A stretch of DNA of 64,000 nucleotides. It comes from Chrysomallon squamiferum (taxonomy: Eukaryota; Animalia; Mollusca). The translations under genes were made by a program, and so were the position numbers. The notes beneath the pieces are model-generated. The model was not told the DNA's origin. It worked only from the letters and a program-made list of their open reading frames with translations, and ran no database searches. Of the stretch, positions 59,163-64,000 are shown piece by piece; position 1 is the stretch's first letter, and each line of letters begins with the position of its first letter. Location: positions 9,424,001 to 9,488,000 of the forward strand of contig CM022665.1 of assembly GCA_012295275.1 (NCBI GenBank). The letters are read 5' to 3'.

Positions 59163-59738
59163 TATTATTTTCTACTGACGTTTTTCCAGAATATAGCTAA
59201 CTAAGAGTAATTAGTTAAGTGGAAATACAGACTGTTTCATTAACATTATCTTGAGTATATCACAACAGAGTTACATTAATGTTTATACTATTAGAGAAAA
59301 CCAGTTTCTTTGATGTATATTAGTCATACGAGAACACTGGCTAATTATCGGGCACTCTTTATTATTAGCTTTGTGACGACAAATGTAGATTAATGTGAAG
59401 CGTATAATGTAAAGGAAAAAAAAAGGTCGCGAATAATTACCATATCATTGTCAAGACAAACTAAAAACAAAATAATCGTTATTATAACTATCTTAATTGT
59501 CTTTATTCGAAAGCTTACTAAATAAATAAACTGAAATGTAGTTTTAACAGATAAACACGCCTACACACAAATACACGGACACTGATGGGCTGGGGTTGCG
59601 TGCATTGTTTGTCTTTATATCTCTAAATTGTTTGTTGTATCACAAACAGAGACGGAAATCTTTGTAATCAAACTTATTTTTAATATTTATATATTACAGG
59701 AAATCTATTTATTATTTTTTATTTTTTTTTATTTTCAG

Positions 59739-59879
59739 TGATGAGGTCAGTCTTCTTTTCCCGGTTCTTCTTTTGCATTCCATTATCTTCATCTGTCAGT
59801 TCAGCGTTAGTGTCATCCTTACATCAGGCTTCGTCAAATGGTGTGACAATCTACAGACAAACGTAAAATCTCCCAGCAG
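59739..59879 (+). CDS. TMEM179: TMEM179-family protein, exon 2
   Basis: TTTTCAG| acceptor; 141 nt encode DEVSLLFPVLLLHSIIFICQFSVSVILTSGFVKWCDNLQTNVKSPS (TM3 and the GF..WCD family motif). Donor AG|GTAACA. Phases agree with both neighbouring exons. Confidence 0.85.
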
Positions 59880-59897
59880 GTAACATTACTTTATAAA

Positions 59898-59974
<77 letters not shown>

Positions 59975-60288
59975 AAATAAATGATTGTTTAACGACGACT
60001 GAATCGTTTTATATATAAGAGGACAATCGATGTGGCTGTTCTACAGGTTACTGTTACAAACTAAACATTATCGAGAGTAATATTGCGCCTTAACATGCTT
60101 TTATATGTGCGTTGACATGTTTTTATAGGAGTTTTGCATTCTTGTTAGGTGGGCAAGTGTTTTAGTTAAAATGCATGCATACTTAGCGAACATGTGTTTG
60201 TGCGTGCGGATGCTTGCTGTAAGTGGAATATACTTAACTATATTATGTACTTAATTACTAGCTGTTGTATGTTTTTATTATTTTGTAG

Positions 60289-60394
60289 ACTTCAAGAGCA
60301 TTCCTGCAAAGAATTTAGTGATGTAAACTGGATTTCCAACGGAGATATATCAAATACCAAACACAACATTTACATGTTGTTTCTTATGAGCTTA
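60289..60394 (+). CDS. TMEM179: TMEM179-family protein, exon 3
   Basis: TTTGTAG| acceptor; encodes LQEHSCKEFSDVNWISNGDISNTKHNIYMLFLMSL (HSC.E motif). Donor |GTAAGT, phase 0. Confidence 0.85.
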
Positions 60395-60416
60395 GTAAGT
60401 TGCTTATTATCTACGA

Positions 60417-60464
<48 letters not shown>

Positions 60465-62008
60465 TACAATAATAATGATAATAATAATAAAGCAGTAACA
60501 GAAAAATACAAAGAAACTAGCAGTAACGGTTAACAAAAACAGACACACACACACACATAAAAGAGAAAGAACAACGATTATAATAATAATAAAGAATTTT
60601 AGAAAAAGATAATATTATTTTTGTGAAATTAACTTTGAAGATGAAATGAATTTCATCATATATTTAAGATGCAAAATAATTTTTAAAAACAATCCAACAA
60701 CAACGGAATAGCCTAATTCCTCACTGAATACGCGATTAAGTAATAGTAGTATTAATTTCAAAGGTATTTTCACTTTCGATTGTCTTTAATGTTCCCTTAC
60801 CGTGTACCCCATATACAAATTTTATAAATTCAAAGTGAAAATATTATAAATATTTGATTTAATATTCATTAACGAATAAATAAAAATCAATTTGTCGAGA
60901 ATACTACACTGATCAAAACATTTAGGAATCATAAAATACTAGCAGATTTTTTCTTTTTTCTTTGTGCTATTCTACAAATGCAAAGAGGGCTGTGAACAAA
61001 TTGTCAATGGTCCTTTATTTTTTATTTATTTTTATTTTTATTTTATTTATTCAGTATATTATACACGTTTTTCATTAGAGTTAATGGCTTTTTCAAGAGA
61101 CGGACTTAAATTATTAAACACTATTTCTCGTATTGGTTACCGGGGTGTGTTGAGAAATTAAACAAATACAAGGGATGGTTTGTTTTGTATGTAATATGTA
61201 TGCGCATAGTTTTTACTGTATTATTAACTGATACACAGACATTAAAATAAATATGACGAATGTTGTGTAAGAGTGTGTCTAGACTGATGATAATTATTAA
61301 TACGCAAAGACTCAAATACATTGCAGTTTCAACAGTTCTTCGAGTGTAAAATGTTTTTGCAGATTATATAATACGTGTTTAAAATATAAAGCATTCTTCT
61401 GTTAAAATACATTATGTTAGAGCAACATTTTCATTTCATTTAACAAATAAAATGTTATTTTATTATGGTTGGTAACGGAAAAATCAGTGTAATTTCATGA
61501 CCTAACTGGTTTTATCGTATACATAGATGTCTTGTTTCCAAATACACTAAGTAAAAATATTTTTCTTTTTATTTTGTTTAATACTCACTTTGTTTAGCGA
61601 GGTTACTGATTTATTCAGCTTGTGGGGAAAAAATATATTATTTGTGTCTGATGCCAAAACTGTTGTCATAAATTTCACGTCATATTATTTATTTATTTAT
61701 TTATATCATTTAACTGCCCAGCTCTTTGTATATTTATATCACATCTGTTCTTTCTTGATATATTTATTTTCTTTTACATGTTTCTTTTATACCACTTAAT
61801 ATCGTTTTATTTGACAGACGAACTCCAAAATCTTTCTTTTTTTCTCAAATCACATACACCCACGCACAGATATATTATTATTATTATCTTTTAAACTCGA
61901 CACTGATAGTTAAATTAAAAAAAAAAAAAAAAAAGAAGAAGTAATCTTATCTTTACAGTGACAATTAAGTTTATACAAAATAATTTCACCAACTGAAATA
62001 AAGATTAA

Positions 62009-62078
<70 letters not shown>

Positions 62079-62149
62079 TTTTTATTTTATTTTATTTTAT
62101 TTTATTATTATTAGTGTTAAATTGTAGAAAACGTTTTTATGATTTTCAG

Positions 62150-62314
62150 ATCTGCTCTTGGTTGGTTACGCTTTTTGTTCTATCTCAGTGTGCAGTTTGC
62201 ATCAAACTTCTCCACAGTGAATACAGTTCTGATGACGTAACAGAAGAAGCAAATCGCCTAGTTGACGTGGAAGAGAATCCGCAGGAAAAAAAGGGAATAA
62301 ATATCCACGAATGA
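62150..62314 (+). CDS. TMEM179: TMEM179-family protein, terminal exon 4
   Basis: TTTTCAG| acceptor; encodes ICSWLVTLFVLSQCAVCIKLLHSEYSSDDVTEEANRLVDVEENPQEKKGINIHE then stop (TM4 + acidic tail). The four exons total 702 nt = 233 aa + stop. Confidence 0.82.
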   Translation: MCSWLVTLFVLSQCAVCIKLLHSEYSSDDVTEEANRLVDVEENPQEKKGINIHE

Positions 62315-62832
62315 AATCTCCGTGTAGACAAAGAATCAAGGAATAAATCCCCAATTAGACAAGGAATGAAATCTTTAAACAGAGAAGCATGGAGATCCTT
62401 AAGCAAACACAGAAAATAAATCTCCTTTTGAATAATATATATATATATATATATATATGGACAATGAACAATAGTGGATACAATATGATTCTTTGATTAT
62501 ATTTATGTAATGATTCCGAGGATATCAAGATATGAAAATTTAAATAAATTTTAAAAATTTTAAAATTTGTTTTCCATAAATTACTATGCACCGGAAATTT
62601 GTATTTTATACTGTATTTTATTTCATTCATTTCATAAAATTACTGAATAAAAATGTATTGATATGACATCACTGCATAATCTTTGTGTATAACTAATGAT
62701 AACTGTTATTATCGTGTTGATATAGATCAGTGTTGGTGTTACTTATAACAGAAACAACTTAATAATGAAAGATAACTGCATAAATTCAACTGCTCGTTTC
62801 ACTAGACCTAAAACCTGATTTTGGACAGAAAT

Positions 62833-62871
<39 letters not shown>

Positions 62872-62970
62872 TAAATAAATAAATGTACAAAAACAAACTT
62901 TGTACAGCTTTACCATATATTCTCCTTTTAATAATAATGATGATGATGATGATAATGATGATGATGGCGA

Positions 62971-63015
<45 letters not shown>

Positions 63016-63196
63016 AATAAATAAATAATATAAATCAGTTTCCCCTGAAAGAGTTATGAACGATAAAAACCTTAAATTTATGGAAACTGATTTCTTGTAC
63101 ATGAATATGCTTATTAAATATCTCATATTAAATATCTGATGTACATCATTACCGTAACGAATGTGCCATCTTGTCAGTTACGTATTTGTATCTATA

Positions 63197-63259
63197 CAGG
63201 TCATCACAAATACCGTCGATTTAGGTCAGGTCATAGCAAATACCGTCGAGTTAGGTCAT
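63197..63259. repeat. 30-bp tandem duplication
   Basis: CAGGTCATCACAAATACCGTCGATTTAGGT followed by CAGGTCATAGCAAATACCGTCGAGTTAGGT. Confidence 0.8.
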
Positions 63260-64000
63260 CTGCAGCGTACATATTACTAGGCTTAAGGTTTTTACAGGCA
63301 TTGTTAAAACAGTACACTAAACACCCGATTAGACTCATAGATATCAATATTTCATTAAGATCTTTAGAAACTCAGTATTCAAACGATTTCGTATCTCTGC
63401 TGAGAGTTTGAAATTTTACATTTTCTACTTAAGCAACATTTTACCCAATTTAGCTACCGTTATATATATATTGCTTATTGTTTCTTTTACAGTAATGGAT
63501 GGACAAATGCGTTAGTGCGTGCGTGTGCGTGTCACTATGTTTGCTAAAACAGATTTGAAAAAAATATATAGCAATTAAAATGCATTTCAAGTTATTTGAT
63601 AAAATCCTAATTTAAAAAAAAAAAAAAAAAAACTTTTTAATTTTTTTTTTTTATATACTACCAGTTAATCTTCTTTGTGGTGTACATTACTAAATGAACC
63701 GGTCCTGCAACTAGTCGTGGATTTAAAATCAAATAAATTTGGAAACCCAAACAGTGATTTCTTAACTGACTGAACTTACAGGAAACAAAATTAACAAGAT
63801 CCAAAAATTTTACATTTATGAATATAATAAGGCCATATCAATGTAAAGAAATTTTAATAAATTAGTCTTAGGCATTTAAGTCATAATAATAACACACACA
63901 CACACACACATACATGTACACATGTATATTTAAATAAAAAGACTATCAGAGTTTAATTCAGTTTGTTAGCTTGTAACTGAATGACTATAAATACAAGATC

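Overview
AT-rich, microsatellite-dense animal genomic DNA (invertebrate-like; a mollusc is plausible but not provable from this window). Two spliced genes can be built. (1) A minus-strand globin X (GbX)-like gene with an unusual layout: one shared pair of constant exons (15079-15304 and 14076-14207, helices B13 to H) is preceded by THREE paralogous, intact, alternative first coding exons (35004-35248, 30585-30844, 24425-24660). Each encodes its own MGxxxS N-myristoylation signal, a distinct linker and helices A-B, and each ends at the conserved B12.2 phase-2 splice donor. This 'variable first exon / constant exon' arrangement predicts three globin isoforms (200, 205 and 197 aa) with different membrane-anchoring signals and is the main finding. 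(2) A plus-strand four-exon TMEM179-family membrane protein gene (56579-62314, 233 aa). The window also holds a 925-bp Mutator-like element with a FLYWCH fragment and a 9-bp TSD, a hAT MITE nested in a probable RTE-derived element, other MITE/SINE remnants, minisatellites and many microsatellites. Most ORF-track entries are translated simple repeats. Family assignments come from remembered protein motifs, not database searches.
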